DNA from: a virus | IMG/VR virus record: IMGVR_UViG_3300037961_002813 | Coordinates: 42,559-106,558 of that record | Strand: one strand, 5' to 3' | DNA length: 64,000 nt | Shown here: positions 8,737 to 18,655 of the stretch, in pieces | How the letters are laid out: every line of letters begins with the position of its first letter | Position numbering within the stretch: position 1 is the stretch's first letter | Translations under genes and position numbers: made by a program | Notes under the pieces: model-generated | The model's database searches: none | The model's input: only the letters and a program-made list of their open reading frames with translations | Told to the model about the DNA's origin: nothing

Positions 8737-8959
8737 TCTCCATCACCTTCTTCGATTTGCTTCGCCATGCCTCTAATCCATCATTCGATATAGGAAATAC
8801 ATTCATGTATTGCTCAACCCTCTCTATTGCTCGCTCAAGTGAAGAGTAACTATAGTTACCCATTAAGTCCACTACTTCTCTTAGGTCAGTGTCACCTAAC
8901 CCATGTCTGTCCAACCATCGAAGGACATATACTGCTAATTGTTTTGTATCAGTTATCAT
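8729..8959 (-). CDS. Hypothetical protein
   Basis: First gene after promoter copy 4. Confidence 0.55.
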   Translation of the reverse strand: MITDTKQLAVYVLRWLDRHGLGDTDLREVVDLMGNYSYSSLERAIERVEQYMNVFPISNDGLEAWRSKSKKVMENE

Positions 8960-8967
8960 CAACCAAT

Positions 8968-9003
8968 ATTTCTTAGTTGGTTTATATATTATTTCTTTCA
9001 GTG
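8968..9003 (-). promoter_or_regulatory. Early promoter copy 4 (drives paralog array)
   Basis: CACTGAAAGAAATAATATATAAACCAACTAAGAAAT. Confidence 0.85.
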
Positions 9004-9009
9004 TTAATT

Positions 9010-9666
9010 TTAAGCAACTCTTCTCGCTATGTCGCCCACTCTTTGCTGTAATATACTCGCTGTGTTAGGGTTTTGAACTGCTTGGTCAATGGCACTACGC
9101 ATAGCATCCTCGCCCCCGTATGTATCGTATGACCTACCTATGTCTTGTTCAGTTATGTGACCTAACTCATTAGGATTTTTCAGTCTTAAAGTATCGAGTT
9201 CACCTACGGTAGAACCAAACGCTGAACCTTTAGGTGCGCCCTGCGCTCTAAAAGCACCTGCCCCTCCAACATCAACATAGGATATACTACCATCGGGTAA
9301 CACTATGGCATTGTCATTATCCAAACCTAGCATATCCCAATTAGCAATCATCGCATGCGGAACAATATCTCTCGCAGTATGCGCTCTATCTCTTATTGGT
9401 TGAATGTGGCGACCCTGCTGATACTCGGTTATCATGTGGTCATCATCAAAGTGCGCTTGCGGAACGCCTACGCCTAATAGATTCAGTAAGCGATTCATCT
9501 CATACTCATTGCGAATATGAGCAGGACTACTACCACGCTTAGATACGAAACGGCCTTGCGGTACATCGAATAGCCTTGCGCCTGTGCTACCGCCTAAGAA
9601 CTGACCTCGTTCTCCCGCCTGTTGCCTCGCCCGAATCTCTTGCATGGCGAGTTCCATAGGCGACAT
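9010..9666 (-). CDS. HipA/PI3-PI4-kinase-like protein
   Basis: G-rich LGGSTG, VSK lysine, NEYEMNRLLNLLGVGVP, IANWDMLGLDNDN catalytic loop, YVDVGG metal-binding; start MSPMELAMQ after GGTGA SD. Confidence 0.65.
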   Translation of the reverse strand: MSPMELAMQEIRARQQAGERGQFLGGSTGARLFDVPQGRFVSKRGSSPAHIRNEYEMNRLLNLLGVGVPQAHFDDDHMITEYQQGRHIQPIRDRAHTARDIVPHAMIANWDMLGLDNDNAIVLPDGSISYVDVGGAGAFRAQGAPKGSAFGSTVGELDTLRLKNPNELGHITEQDIGRSYDTYGGEDAMRSAIDQAVQNPNTASILQQRVGDIARRVA

Positions 9667-9704
9667 GGATTCACCTATGAGTGTCACCTAAATAACGACT
9701 ATCA

Positions 9705-10298
9705 TCATTTAGGGATGTACATATCATACTCATGTGAGAACTGCTTTAGGAAATCTTCGGGCGAGTCATACTCCATTGACTTGACTATCTCATTCAAGAA
9801 CTCATTAGCCATATCAGTCATCGCCTTACTCTCATCTGTGCGTGAGAGAATGAATGAACCATCGGGGAACAACCCACGCTCTACACCATCAAGCCATGCC
9901 CCGTACACGATGTCGGGAACATTACCATCATCATCAAAGAAACTGATTTGATGTACTCTCCAATAAGAACCCATGTGGTCAAAGACAGGTTGTATCTTTA
10001 GACATGCTATCCATGACATAGGTACATCATACTCACTCGCAAGGTAGCGATAAGTGTTCACCCAAAAGAATGAGTCTATCTTTTCTGCTTCCATCATCTC
10101 TTGAACATATCCCATCCAACCTGTGTGTAGGTGGTTCTGTAACTGTGCCGCATTCTTCAATGCCTTCAACGCATCCTCTTTCGCTTTGATGTAATCATGT
10201 ATCTCTTGCGGCCACATGATTTTTCCTTGACCTTTCAAATCATGTTGTAAGATAGAAAGCGAACCTATGATGTCATCAGCCTTGTATGTATCATTCAT
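9705..10298 (-). CDS. Hypothetical protein
   Basis: ORF with GAGGTG SD. Confidence 0.65.
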   Translation of the reverse strand: MNDTYKADDIIGSLSILQHDLKGQGKIMWPQEIHDYIKAKEDALKALKNAAQLQNHLHTGWMGYVQEMMEAEKIDSFFWVNTYRYLASEYDVPMSWIACLKIQPVFDHMGSYWRVHQISFFDDDGNVPDIVYGAWLDGVERGLFPDGSFILSRTDESKAMTDMANEFLNEIVKSMEYDSPEDFLKQFSHEYDMYIPK

Positions 10299-10451
10299 TG
10301 TACCACCTCATAAGATTTAAACTCCCAAGACTCTCTCCACTCATGTCCTTCATGACATACATATACTACAGTTAAATGTGTATCTTCAAATATATCTTTC
10401 CTATCCATATCATCACTACCACATACAGGGCATACTAAAGGTGCGGTTTTC

Positions 10452-10784
10452 TCACTCATGCTTAAGCCTCCATTGTCGCCTCTCCATAAGTCTCTTCATG
10501 TGGTTCATTCTTTCTGTAACAATCTTCTCATCACCATTAGCCCACAGTATTGCCTTCTCAAGAAGAGGCTCTACATCTGTGAATGAATTGTTGAAGAACT
10601 TGATGTACTCTAAGTATTCTGCGAGTGTTTCAAAGTCATAGTGTTCTTGTTCGTAGATGTCGTTATCGTCGTATCTGTCATCATCTATACAGAAGTACTT
10701 GTGGTTCTCATGGTCTTTATGGTAATCAGTTGCGCCTTTTGGTATCTCGTAACTGATGTAGTTGTCTTTGGTATTCACGCTCAT
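10452..10784 (-). CDS. Hypothetical protein
   Basis: ORF track; GAGGTG SD before MSVN. Confidence 0.55.
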   Translation of the reverse strand: MSVNTKDNYISYEIPKGATDYHKDHENHKYFCIDDDRYDDNDIYEQEHYDFETLAEYLEYIKFFNNSFTDVEPLLEKAILWANGDEKIVTERMNHMKRLMERRQWRLKHE

Positions 10785-10785
10785 G

Positions 10786-10971
10786 TTAGTCACCTCTTGT
10801 AAATGGATTCTTGCGTGTGTCCTTCGTTGTGTCTTTGGGTACTTTCATTACCAAAACTAAGTCATCCATGTCTACTGCTTCGGCAATAAAGGTGTGGTCG
10901 AAGTCCGGTTTAGTTGTGTATAGGTCACCATCAACATAAAAATATATGTTGGCTAATTGTATGTCACTCAT
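10786..10971 (-). CDS. Hypothetical protein
   Basis: ATGA-coupled ORF. Confidence 0.5.
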   Translation of the reverse strand: MSDIQLANIYFYVDGDLYTTKPDFDHTFIAEAVDMDDLVLVMKVPKDTTKDTRKNPFTRGD

Positions 10972-11354
10972 TCTTCTGCCTCCTTGTATTCATCATCAAC
11001 TATTTTCAGTAAGTCATTCTGTAGTGCGAAGTCTATCAGTTCCGAACACTTGACTGAACTTGCATTCAAGTGTAACACAAAGATGTCATCGTTATCTCTT
11101 ATCTCAAAGGCTACGCAGTTTGTGTACTTGGTAAGAGTCACACCACGAATGTAGTACTTCTCATTAGAAGCAAATGAGTTGTGTGTTGCACTACGGAAGG
11201 ATAACCATTCAGTCATCTTCGTAGGCACGCTGAACTTTTCAGCATAACCATATTCACGATTCGCTGTCACCTCACCTTTACCCTGTACATGTAGTACTCC
11301 GTCACCGGCACTCACTCTTACTTGCAATACATTATCATTATCTTTTTTACTCAT
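10968..11354 (-). CDS. Hypothetical protein
   Basis: First gene after promoter copy 5. Confidence 0.6.
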   Translation of the reverse strand: MSKKDNDNVLQVRVSAGDGVLHVQGKGEVTANREYGYAEKFSVPTKMTEWLSFRSATHNSFASNEKYYIRGVTLTKYTNCVAFEIRDNDDIFVLHLNASSVKCSELIDFALQNDLLKIVDDEYKEAEE

Positions 11355-11365
11355 AATTCTCATCT

Positions 11366-11394
11366 CTCATTTCTTATTTGGTTTATATATCATT
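11366..11394 (-). promoter_or_regulatory. Early promoter copy 5
   Basis: AATGATATATAAACCAAATAAGAAATGAG. Confidence 0.8.
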
Positions 11395-11614
11395 CTTCTT
11401 CTTCATCGTTTTCTAACTTGGCTCTAGTGGGTATCACGAACTTAGGTGCATTCATGTTAGGTGGATTGAAAACTTCCCAACCCCTGTTGGTCTGCCGTAT
11501 CAAGTCGCCTATCACTACCTCTATCCTACAGTTGTGTTCTTCTCTTACTTGGTAGATGTTCCCACCAATGTATTCTATGTCTATCCATTTGTTCTGTCCT
11601 AATACTAACCTCAT
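11390..11614 (-). CDS. Hypothetical protein
   Basis: ATGA-coupled to helicase. Confidence 0.5.
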   Translation of the reverse strand: MRLVLGQNKWIDIEYIGGNIYQVREEHNCRIEVVIGDLIRQTNRGWEVFNPPNMNAPKFVIPTRAKLENDEEEE

Positions 11615-14175
11615 GCTTTCACTTCCTTTTTCTTTTGGATGAAACTTTTGGGTAGGTCTCCATCCTCAACCATTTGTTGTAAGAGCATAGTGGCTATACC
11701 CTTACGGTCATCCAAGTCACCACCATCAAGGATGGACTTGATAACCTCACGCTTTGCTTCGACCACTGCGTTAAACTTCTCATCTATTGTTCCGGCTACA
11801 GTAAGGAACACTGCGTGTACACTGTTACTATCTTGACCGATACGATTGACTCTATCTTCTGCTTGTTCCTCCCATGCCGGAGTCCACTCTCTCTCAACAA
11901 AGAGAACAGTGTCAGCCGCAGTAAGTGTGATACCTTCCTTAGCCGCAACAGTAGAACATAGAAGGACATCTAACTTACCTGCTTGGAACGCTTCGACTCT
12001 TATCTGTCTATCACTTGCTGATACTTGTCCGTTGATAACACCGCATCGCCACTGCTCTTTGCTGTTACCAAGTGCATCCCATATTCCTTTGAGTACATCT
12101 TGGTGGTGAGCAAAGACCACCACAGGCTTGCCTGTTATCTCTCGGTATTCAGTCAGCCATTCGACAGCCGACTCGACTTTGATTTTACCACACTCATGCC
12201 GCAAGTCTGTTAGCATGTTCAAGACGAAACCCTTTGGTGTACTACCACTCATCAAGTGATACTCATACTCTTGTATCCATGACTGATGTAGAGCGTTGTA
12301 GTTAGTAAGTTGTTTCTTACTTGGCTTGACTGTGTGCATGGTGCGTATCTTGTCGGGTAGTTCATCGAGTACTTCCTTCTTGAGTCTACGGATACAGAAG
12401 TCTCTTGTGCGCTCATGTAACTCATCAGTGTTACTCGCACCGGAGTAGTCCCATCCCCAACCGTTGTCGAAAGCATCGCAGTATCTTTGTCCGTAGTTAT
12501 AGAAACTATTGAACTCCGCAGGTCTAAGCAGGTTGAGTGTAGTAAAGAACTCCGATGGTCTGTTAGTGATAGCAGTACCACTCAAGCACAGGATTGATTC
12601 AGCATTAGAAGCAACCTCAAGCGTGGCTTGGGTACGCTTTGCTTTACTGTTCTTGACATAGTGTGACTCATCACAGATAACTATGTTGAACTCTTTGTCA
12701 AGTAACCCATCCATTCGCTTTGCCATTATCTCATAGTTACAGATGACCACATCAGTATCCGGTATCACACCCTTACCACCTTCAAGTACACTCACTGTTA
12801 GATTAGGTAGCCACGCCATGAACTCCTTGCGCCAGTTATACTTTACATTAGAAGGACATACTACAAGAGCAGGTAACTTGTCTTGGTTAAGAGCAGTGTA
12901 AGCGATGGCTTGGATAGTCTTACCCACACCCATGTCATCACCTATCAAGGCACGACCTCCTGCTAACTGTGCAAACCTCACACCGACATATTGGAACGGG
13001 AACAACTCACGCCCTTCGGGGAAGTGGTTGGCTAACTCTTCACGCATCTGTGTTACCATCTCTTCATCATCAAGTGCTGATGCACCACTGATGGAGATAC
13101 GCTTGGCTCTCTCTTCCATCGCTGTGTGTATCTGTGGTATAGTCTCAAGAGCATCAACAAGTAACTTCGCTTCACTTAGGTTTTGTTTCTTTAGTCTGTC
13201 TATCAAAGCAGGTGCTTGATAGATACTGACTGACCATGACTTGTTATCGGGATTATACTTACGACCTTCTGTTGCTTTGACTTGTGCCATCACTCTCATA
13301 CGCACATCCGGGTCAGCGATGTAAGGCCACTTCATTTCGATGGTAGTACCTTTGAGTGTGGCTGTGTAGTTAGTAACTTTCTTCACCACTTGTTTAGGTG
13401 TGAAAGTATGTTCACCTCTTAGTTGTGCAAGTGACTCATCAAAGAAACCTCCGGCTTCCTCAAGCACACGCACAGCAGTATCAAGAGTATCCTTGTCATC
13501 ATTGAGTGTCCACTTCTTTCTTGAACCATCGAACTTAACTCTTGGAAACTGTAAGGCTTGCTTGAGTGCTTGGTTGAACTCATTGTTGTACGCATAGGTA
13601 AGAGCGATACGCTTGGTCTTGAACTCCTTGCCCCACTTGTTTTTCCACACATCATCTACAAGTTTAACACTGATAGTAAGTGAGAAAGGTGGAGTCCAAC
13701 TGTTTACATAGTCCTCGATGAAAGCCTCCGCCTCATCTTTCTCAAGTCCGTGTGAGTACATGACAGCATTGACAACGAACTCATCAAAGACATTCTCCCT
13801 ACCTCTAAGTTTAGTGTTAAGTAAACTCATGGTGCTTGCCTCTTTCTTTCTTTGTATAGACTGTAACTCTTGGAGTATCTCATACTTACGCTTGGCTTCT
13901 TCACCAACCATCTTCATCTCAAGTAAGAAAGAACTTACATCCGTATGACCATCGAGTAGTCCTGTGTCTGCAAGTATGCTTGGTAACTGTGTGTTCCTAT
14001 ATTTGTAGAGGCGTTCAGCCGCCTCAAGTAACTCATGCTTCTCCATCGTATCCTTGTGTGCTATCCTGTCGAAGAAAGGGAAGTCTGCTTTGTTAGCACC
14101 TATCCCATCATCCATTACAGGCGCACCATAACCAACGAAGGTTCGTATCATTCTGTGTACTATATCTGTGTTCAC
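11611..14175 (-). CDS. SNF2-family helicase, SMARCAL1/HARP-like (annealing helicase)
   Basis: GDDMGVGKT, VCPSNVKYNW, DESH, LSGTAITNRPSE, VFAHH, EGITLTAA, QAEDRVNRIGQ; two HARP-like segments (KFDGSRKKW, KYNPDNKSW). Confidence 0.92.
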   Translation of the reverse strand: MNTDIVHRMIRTFVGYGAPVMDDGIGANKADFPFFDRIAHKDTMEKHELLEAAERLYKYRNTQLPSILADTGLLDGHTDVSSFLLEMKMVGEEAKRKYEILQELQSIQRKKEASTMSLLNTKLRGRENVFDEFVVNAVMYSHGLEKDEAEAFIEDYVNSWTPPFSLTISVKLVDDVWKNKWGKEFKTKRIALTYAYNNEFNQALKQALQFPRVKFDGSRKKWTLNDDKDTLDTAVRVLEEAGGFFDESLAQLRGEHTFTPKQVVKKVTNYTATLKGTTIEMKWPYIADPDVRMRVMAQVKATEGRKYNPDNKSWSVSIYQAPALIDRLKKQNLSEAKLLVDALETIPQIHTAMEERAKRISISGASALDDEEMVTQMREELANHFPEGRELFPFQYVGVRFAQLAGGRALIGDDMGVGKTIQAIAYTALNQDKLPALVVCPSNVKYNWRKEFMAWLPNLTVSVLEGGKGVIPDTDVVICNYEIMAKRMDGLLDKEFNIVICDESHYVKNSKAKRTQATLEVASNAESILCLSGTAITNRPSEFFTTLNLLRPAEFNSFYNYGQRYCDAFDNGWGWDYSGASNTDELHERTRDFCIRRLKKEVLDELPDKIRTMHTVKPSKKQLTNYNALHQSWIQEYEYHLMSGSTPKGFVLNMLTDLRHECGKIKVESAVEWLTEYREITGKPVVVFAHHQDVLKGIWDALGNSKEQWRCGVINGQVSASDRQIRVEAFQAGKLDVLLCSTVAAKEGITLTAADTVLFVEREWTPAWEEQAEDRVNRIGQDSNSVHAVFLTVAGTIDEKFNAVVEAKREVIKSILDGGDLDDRKGIATMLLQQMVEDGDLPKSFIQKKKEVKA

Positions 14176-15203
14176 TCTTTCACCCCCACTGTCTTGTCAC
14201 AGTTTCTACACTCAAGGTCACCGAACTGTGGGTTGATGCGAGTGATGTCTGTAACTTTGAAGAACTGTTTGCATGCACCACATTCAAACTTACCACCGTG
14301 TGACTCAACACCTGTCAAGTCAGCGAAGCATTGTATACACTCCGGCTCACCATCAGCGAACTCAACAAGAGGTAGGTATTCATGACACGCAGGACAGTGC
14401 TTTGTACCATCCACTACATCTTCATGGAAGGCATCTATCAAGTCATCGTAGTCCATGTCTAGGTCAGTAGTAGTAACTCCTTTTCCCTTATCAGCAACCT
14501 TGTAGTTTGGTGGGTCGTACAAAGTAGACCAACCACTGTAACTACCACCCCATGATGGTTCGTGAACTTTGTTTTCACCAAGTGGTATCTCACACACATC
14601 AGCGATGTATTGCTGTTGGCTCTTGGCTTCTACCGCATGAGTACAGTGTTGCTCACGCACCCACTCTACTAACTCACCTGCATCTTTCCATGTGTGTTGC
14701 TCGGTTGGTATTAGGTAGTGAGCAAGTATGGCTAACTGAACTCCGGTACGACCATGCCCGCCCGCACACTGTGTGGATATAACTTTGATGTCGAACTCCT
14801 TGATGTCATCAAGTAGTGCATACCAAAAGTACTTGCTGACTTTAGGTATGGAGAAGTCCGGCCAGTCTAAAGATACAAAGTGTGGCGGAGTACTGTTAGT
14901 AAGATGTTGCTCACATGACCAACCCTCCGGTACTTCAGTCTTGGAACTAAGTAAGTTCATACCTAGAGTCTCGCTTGGTGCTATCGCTAACTGTGGTAGT
15001 GGACTCATCAAGTGCCAACCACCGTTGCGGTTACGCCCGCCCGCCCATACTTCAACACCATCATCGGTCTTGAAGATAAGGTTGTGTCCTGTGTGGCAAG
15101 TCTGCTTGCTTACCCATGTGCCTGTATTTTTCTTTGCTTGTTTCATTTTCTTCATCTCCTTTTTCTTTGCTTGCTTTCGTTGTCTTGCTTTTCTCTTTCC
15201 CAT
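14172..15203 (-). CDS. CX5R protein phosphatase-like protein with C-terminal Zn ribbons
   Basis: DWPDFSIP (WPD loop), QCAGGHGRTG, AVEAKSQQQYI (Q-loop); four CxxC pairs. Confidence 0.85.
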   Translation of the reverse strand: MGKRKARQRKQAKKKEMKKMKQAKKNTGTWVSKQTCHTGHNLIFKTDDGVEVWAGGRNRNGGWHLMSPLPQLAIAPSETLGMNLLSSKTEVPEGWSCEQHLTNSTPPHFVSLDWPDFSIPKVSKYFWYALLDDIKEFDIKVISTQCAGGHGRTGVQLAILAHYLIPTEQHTWKDAGELVEWVREQHCTHAVEAKSQQQYIADVCEIPLGENKVHEPSWGGSYSGWSTLYDPPNYKVADKGKGVTTTDLDMDYDDLIDAFHEDVVDGTKHCPACHEYLPLVEFADGEPECIQCFADLTGVESHGGKFECGACKQFFKVTDITRINPQFGDLECRNCDKTVGVKE

Positions 15204-17851
15204 TACTCATCATCTCCTTCTGCGAACTCCCATACTCCCATCTCAACATCTTCTTCATTAGTTAAGTGTGAAGGTAGGTCAAGTTTCTCGGTAACTGTTA
15301 GGACACCCTCCATCACACAAGTAAGTACATACTGCATGCTCACATTTTCAACCATCTGTTTATCCCATGCCGAGTGCATACCTAGTGGATTTAGTGGATA
15401 CTTACCCAACGCTACATGGTAAAACATAAGAGGCTCAAAGATACTGTCATATAACTCCACACCATAACAGTTGCACAGTTCATACACCTCTTTCTCTAGT
15501 GCTTTCAAGTCTGTCTCACCTACCCATTGGTTCATCTTTAGGAACTCACCTGTGTTTTCTGTTGGCATCTGTGCTAACCATGCGGAGTAGTACTTGTTCA
15601 GTTTGTCAGTAACCCACTGCGGCATGTCAAAGTGTTTCTTCAAGAAGGCTGATGCTAGTAGGTAAGTGGTTTGGTTGTAGGTACTTTCCTTAGCCATGTT
15701 CTTGAAGGTAAAGATGAGTGAGTCTATCAAGGGAACACTAGGTGGGGAAGGAGGGGTATCACTAGGTAAGGACATATCAAGTTCCTTGTCCGGCACAGGT
15801 GGTGCTAAGTCAGTCTGCTTTTGCTGACCTAACATATCATGTGCATGAGTCTTGCATGTAGGACACTTGGTGTGACCACAAGGGATGAAGTAAGATGCGG
15901 AAGTATCACTGCCGTACTTACCGTGATGCCACTTGTTGAAGTCCTCCGGTAGTTGGTGGTACACTACCGGGAGGTCATCGTCAAGGAACATAGGATGCTT
16001 TGCCATGTACTCAAAGGAGTGACCAAGCCTGTTGTTGGCGTAGTTAGTAACTGCTGTGTAGTCATGAAGGTTGTTGAAGGTCATACCACGCTTGTCCCAC
16101 GCATCCTTAGCGGCATAGAAGATGTTGAAGATGTTGTTCTTACGCTCACGCATAGTGTTTGCTGTGATAACACCGATGTCAGTACCCATGTCGAAGGCTA
16201 TCTTCTGTATGAACTTGTCAAGGAAGAAGCCGTTGTTGTGTACGATGTTCTCACAGTCATTGGTAACACCACATAGGTAACTCATGTTCTCTTTGTTAGG
16301 AGTCTCTTGCATCTGCTTGATGGCCTTAGCAACAAGGAGTGCTTTGTTGGTAGCGTCGGCATACTTAGTGCCACCGTAGCCACCACTCCAACCTGTGTCG
16401 TAGACTTTCTTCAACCATGTTAGCCCACCGATGTAAGAGTCAAGAGTGATAGGTACTTGCTCGACAGTAGAGTAGAAGGCTTGCCTGTCTGTGGTTAGGT
16501 GGTTAGTGATGTTAAGAAGTTCAGCCTCACGGTCATGCCACTTGCCGTAGTACAAAGCGTGTAGTGTAGTCCAGTGCAAAGGAGTCTTGTTCTTCTTCTG
16601 TCCGTAGTGTCTTGCTTCACCAAGTGATACGGAGTAAGGTGCGGCTACCATGTAACCGGCAAAGACACCTGCAAGGTAAGCAGTTTGTTCCGGCTCATGA
16701 AGCATCTGTCCATCCATGTACTGATGGAACAAGTTAGACAACCAACCGTACTGACGGGAGTGGTTGTATAAACCAACATCAACACCCTCCATGAAAGCAT
16801 CTGCATACTCCATGATGTCATAAGGCACAGGCTCTATGGAAGGGTCGTCACATACCCAACCGCTAACGACTTGAACATAAGTGTCACCAACATTGACAGC
16901 ACCCTTGATGTAAGGAACATTATACTTAACACACTGACCACAGTGATGAGTACCGTCAGTACCAAGAGGGTGAGATACTACAAGACCATCCTTGCCCGCA
17001 TGCTCACGCAACTGTTCTTCAAGCCACGCTAACTCCGAGTCATCAGCACACTTGACATGGATGATTTGCTTGACCTCGACCATACCATCGTCGCAACCAA
17101 AGAGGTTACCACTGTACAGGTTACCATCAAAGTCACTTGGCATAGAAGGGGCAGGTGCTATTGGTGGTGCGCCATGAGAACCACGCAACTGAACTAAGTA
17201 AGTGTCACGAACCATGTAACCATTAGAGTTACGGGCATCCCTCGCTTGAGTGCTAACGAACTCTAACTCTATCTTGCTTGGGTCTATGTCTATCTTATCT
17301 AAGTCATGGGTGAGGTAGTTGTCATGTCCAACCTTGAGGATGACTTTGAAACAGTCCTCACCTGCTGTGACACCTGCATTACCTTCACCGAAAACTATGT
17401 GAGAGTTGGGGTACATAACTGCTGATGCTACTGCATCAACGAAGGGTTGTACTATGAGCATACCTTGAGGGTCTATGTAACCATGCTTGTATGCGGGAGT
17501 TTCACTTGGGTCTTTGGACAACATAGTTCTAACTATGCGCTCTACTATCTCTCTTGCATCATCAAGAGTAGCGGCAGGAGAGGACTCAAGTACGCCCGGT
17601 CTAGGGTTGAGAGGGCATGCTCGTATGAACATCGGTCTATCTTCGGAGTAACTACGGCTACTCCATATCTTATCTATCGTTTCCAACGCTTCACTCACGA
17701 AGCGTTCCGTAGTCTCTTCGTCAAGGATGTCTCCCCACTGTAGACTCCACTTGATGTCATCAGTATCAAGCGTGGCGAGGTCTTGGTACAACCTACCATT
17801 GGTTTTTGCGGTCACATATTTTGCTAAGGCTTCTGCTTTTTGGCTCATCAT
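15203..17851 (-). CDS. PEP synthase / pyruvate phosphate dikinase-like protein (ATP-grasp plus His swivel domain) fused to unknown domain
   Basis: FIRACP..RPGVLES, IVQPFVDAVASAV, GEGNAGVTAG, IELEF, YLVQLR, then VVSHPLGTDGTHHCGQCVKYNVP resembling GG.TSHAA..AR..G.P. Confidence 0.55.
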   Translation of the reverse strand: MMSQKAEALAKYVTAKTNGRLYQDLATLDTDDIKWSLQWGDILDEETTERFVSEALETIDKIWSSRSYSEDRPMFIRACPLNPRPGVLESSPAATLDDAREIVERIVRTMLSKDPSETPAYKHGYIDPQGMLIVQPFVDAVASAVMYPNSHIVFGEGNAGVTAGEDCFKVILKVGHDNYLTHDLDKIDIDPSKIELEFVSTQARDARNSNGYMVRDTYLVQLRGSHGAPPIAPAPSMPSDFDGNLYSGNLFGCDDGMVEVKQIIHVKCADDSELAWLEEQLREHAGKDGLVVSHPLGTDGTHHCGQCVKYNVPYIKGAVNVGDTYVQVVSGWVCDDPSIEPVPYDIMEYADAFMEGVDVGLYNHSRQYGWLSNLFHQYMDGQMLHEPEQTAYLAGVFAGYMVAAPYSVSLGEARHYGQKKNKTPLHWTTLHALYYGKWHDREAELLNITNHLTTDRQAFYSTVEQVPITLDSYIGGLTWLKKVYDTGWSGGYGGTKYADATNKALLVAKAIKQMQETPNKENMSYLCGVTNDCENIVHNNGFFLDKFIQKIAFDMGTDIGVITANTMRERKNNIFNIFYAAKDAWDKRGMTFNNLHDYTAVTNYANNRLGHSFEYMAKHPMFLDDDLPVVYHQLPEDFNKWHHGKYGSDTSASYFIPCGHTKCPTCKTHAHDMLGQQKQTDLAPPVPDKELDMSLPSDTPPSPPSVPLIDSLIFTFKNMAKESTYNQTTYLLASAFLKKHFDMPQWVTDKLNKYYSAWLAQMPTENTGEFLKMNQWVGETDLKALEKEVYELCNCYGVELYDSIFEPLMFYHVALGKYPLNPLGMHSAWDKQMVENVSMQYVLTCVMEGVLTVTEKLDLPSHLTNEEDVEMGVWEFAEGDDE

Positions 17852-17865
17852 ATTTCTCATCTCCT

Positions 17866-17901
17866 ATTTCTTTCTTGGTTTATATATCATTTTCATTCAG
17901 T
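17866..17901 (-). promoter_or_regulatory. Early promoter copy 6
   Basis: ACTGAATGAAAATGATATATAAACCAAGAAAGAAAT. Confidence 0.85.
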
Positions 17902-18019
17902 CTATCTTTCTTGTTTGGTATCTCGTGCATAGGTGGGGGTGTCCATTCACCCACGCCCATGATTAGTTCTTGGAACTCGTATGCTTTCACAAACGATATG
18001 GTGAAAACTATTTCGCTAC

Positions 18020-18496
18020 TCATAGTATCACCACCATAGCATTGTCAAGTCTGTATTCCTTGCCACCATTATCAAGTGGCTCAAGCATAAAGTAAGTAAC
18101 TCTTGTACCGTACATCTGTTTGGTCACACTCATAGCCTTGAAGTTCTTGGGTGTATCATAAGCAGGTTTAGTGATGTGCTTTGTCTGTATCCAAACAGAT
18201 TCAGCATTCATGTAACTGCGTTTCAAGTTCACTTCAGTCTTGTTGTCTTTAGCATACACACGGATGCTTTGGGGAGTAAAACGATTTATGTTTCTGTGAG
18301 TAGACAGCGTAGGCCAACCACCATTACAAAGAAGTATCCTTCCGTCTAAGTACCAAGTGATGATGTCAGTATCATGGTAGCGTAGTGCATACTTGCCACC
18401 ATCAAGCATGAACAGTCTAGTGTTAGAAGTCACAGGCTTGCCTTTGCTTGGGTCTCTTGCTCTACCAAAGAGATAAGCCACATCTTTGTACTTCAT
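18020..18496 (-). CDS. Conserved phage hypothetical protein
   Basis: YHDTDIITW...NGGWPTLSTHRNIN motif. Confidence 0.7.
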   Translation of the reverse strand: MKYKDVAYLFGRARDPSKGKPVTSNTRLFMLDGGKYALRYHDTDIITWYLDGRILLCNGGWPTLSTHRNINRFTPQSIRVYAKDNKTEVNLKRSYMNAESVWIQTKHITKPAYDTPKNFKAMSVTKQMYGTRVTYFMLEPLDNGGKEYRLDNAMVVIL

Positions 18497-18648
18497 TGTT
18501 CATCACACTCACTGCACAGTTCTGTGTACACATACTGTGTTCCTTTCCATTCATACTTGCATTTAAAACAGCGAGTGGGTAAGTTACTTTCGTAGTATGT
18601 AAGACCGCTTGCCATATCATATATTACTTGACCAATTTTGGGTTTCAT
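18493..18648 (-). CDS. Small Zn-ribbon protein
   Basis: CFKC...CSEC; start revised because the listed start lies inside the promoter. Confidence 0.5.
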   Translation of the reverse strand: MKPKIGQVIYDMASGLTYYESNLPTRCFKCKYEWKGTQYVYTELCSECDEQ

Positions 18649-18655
18649 CAATTCA

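Noticed and set aside
5162-17860. Shared N-termini MRNM/MRIM of ORFs at 6625, 11363 and 17860 as a protein motif
   Set aside because: They derive from the conserved promoter-leader DNA (GAGATGAGAAATATG); the downstream ATG is the more likely start.
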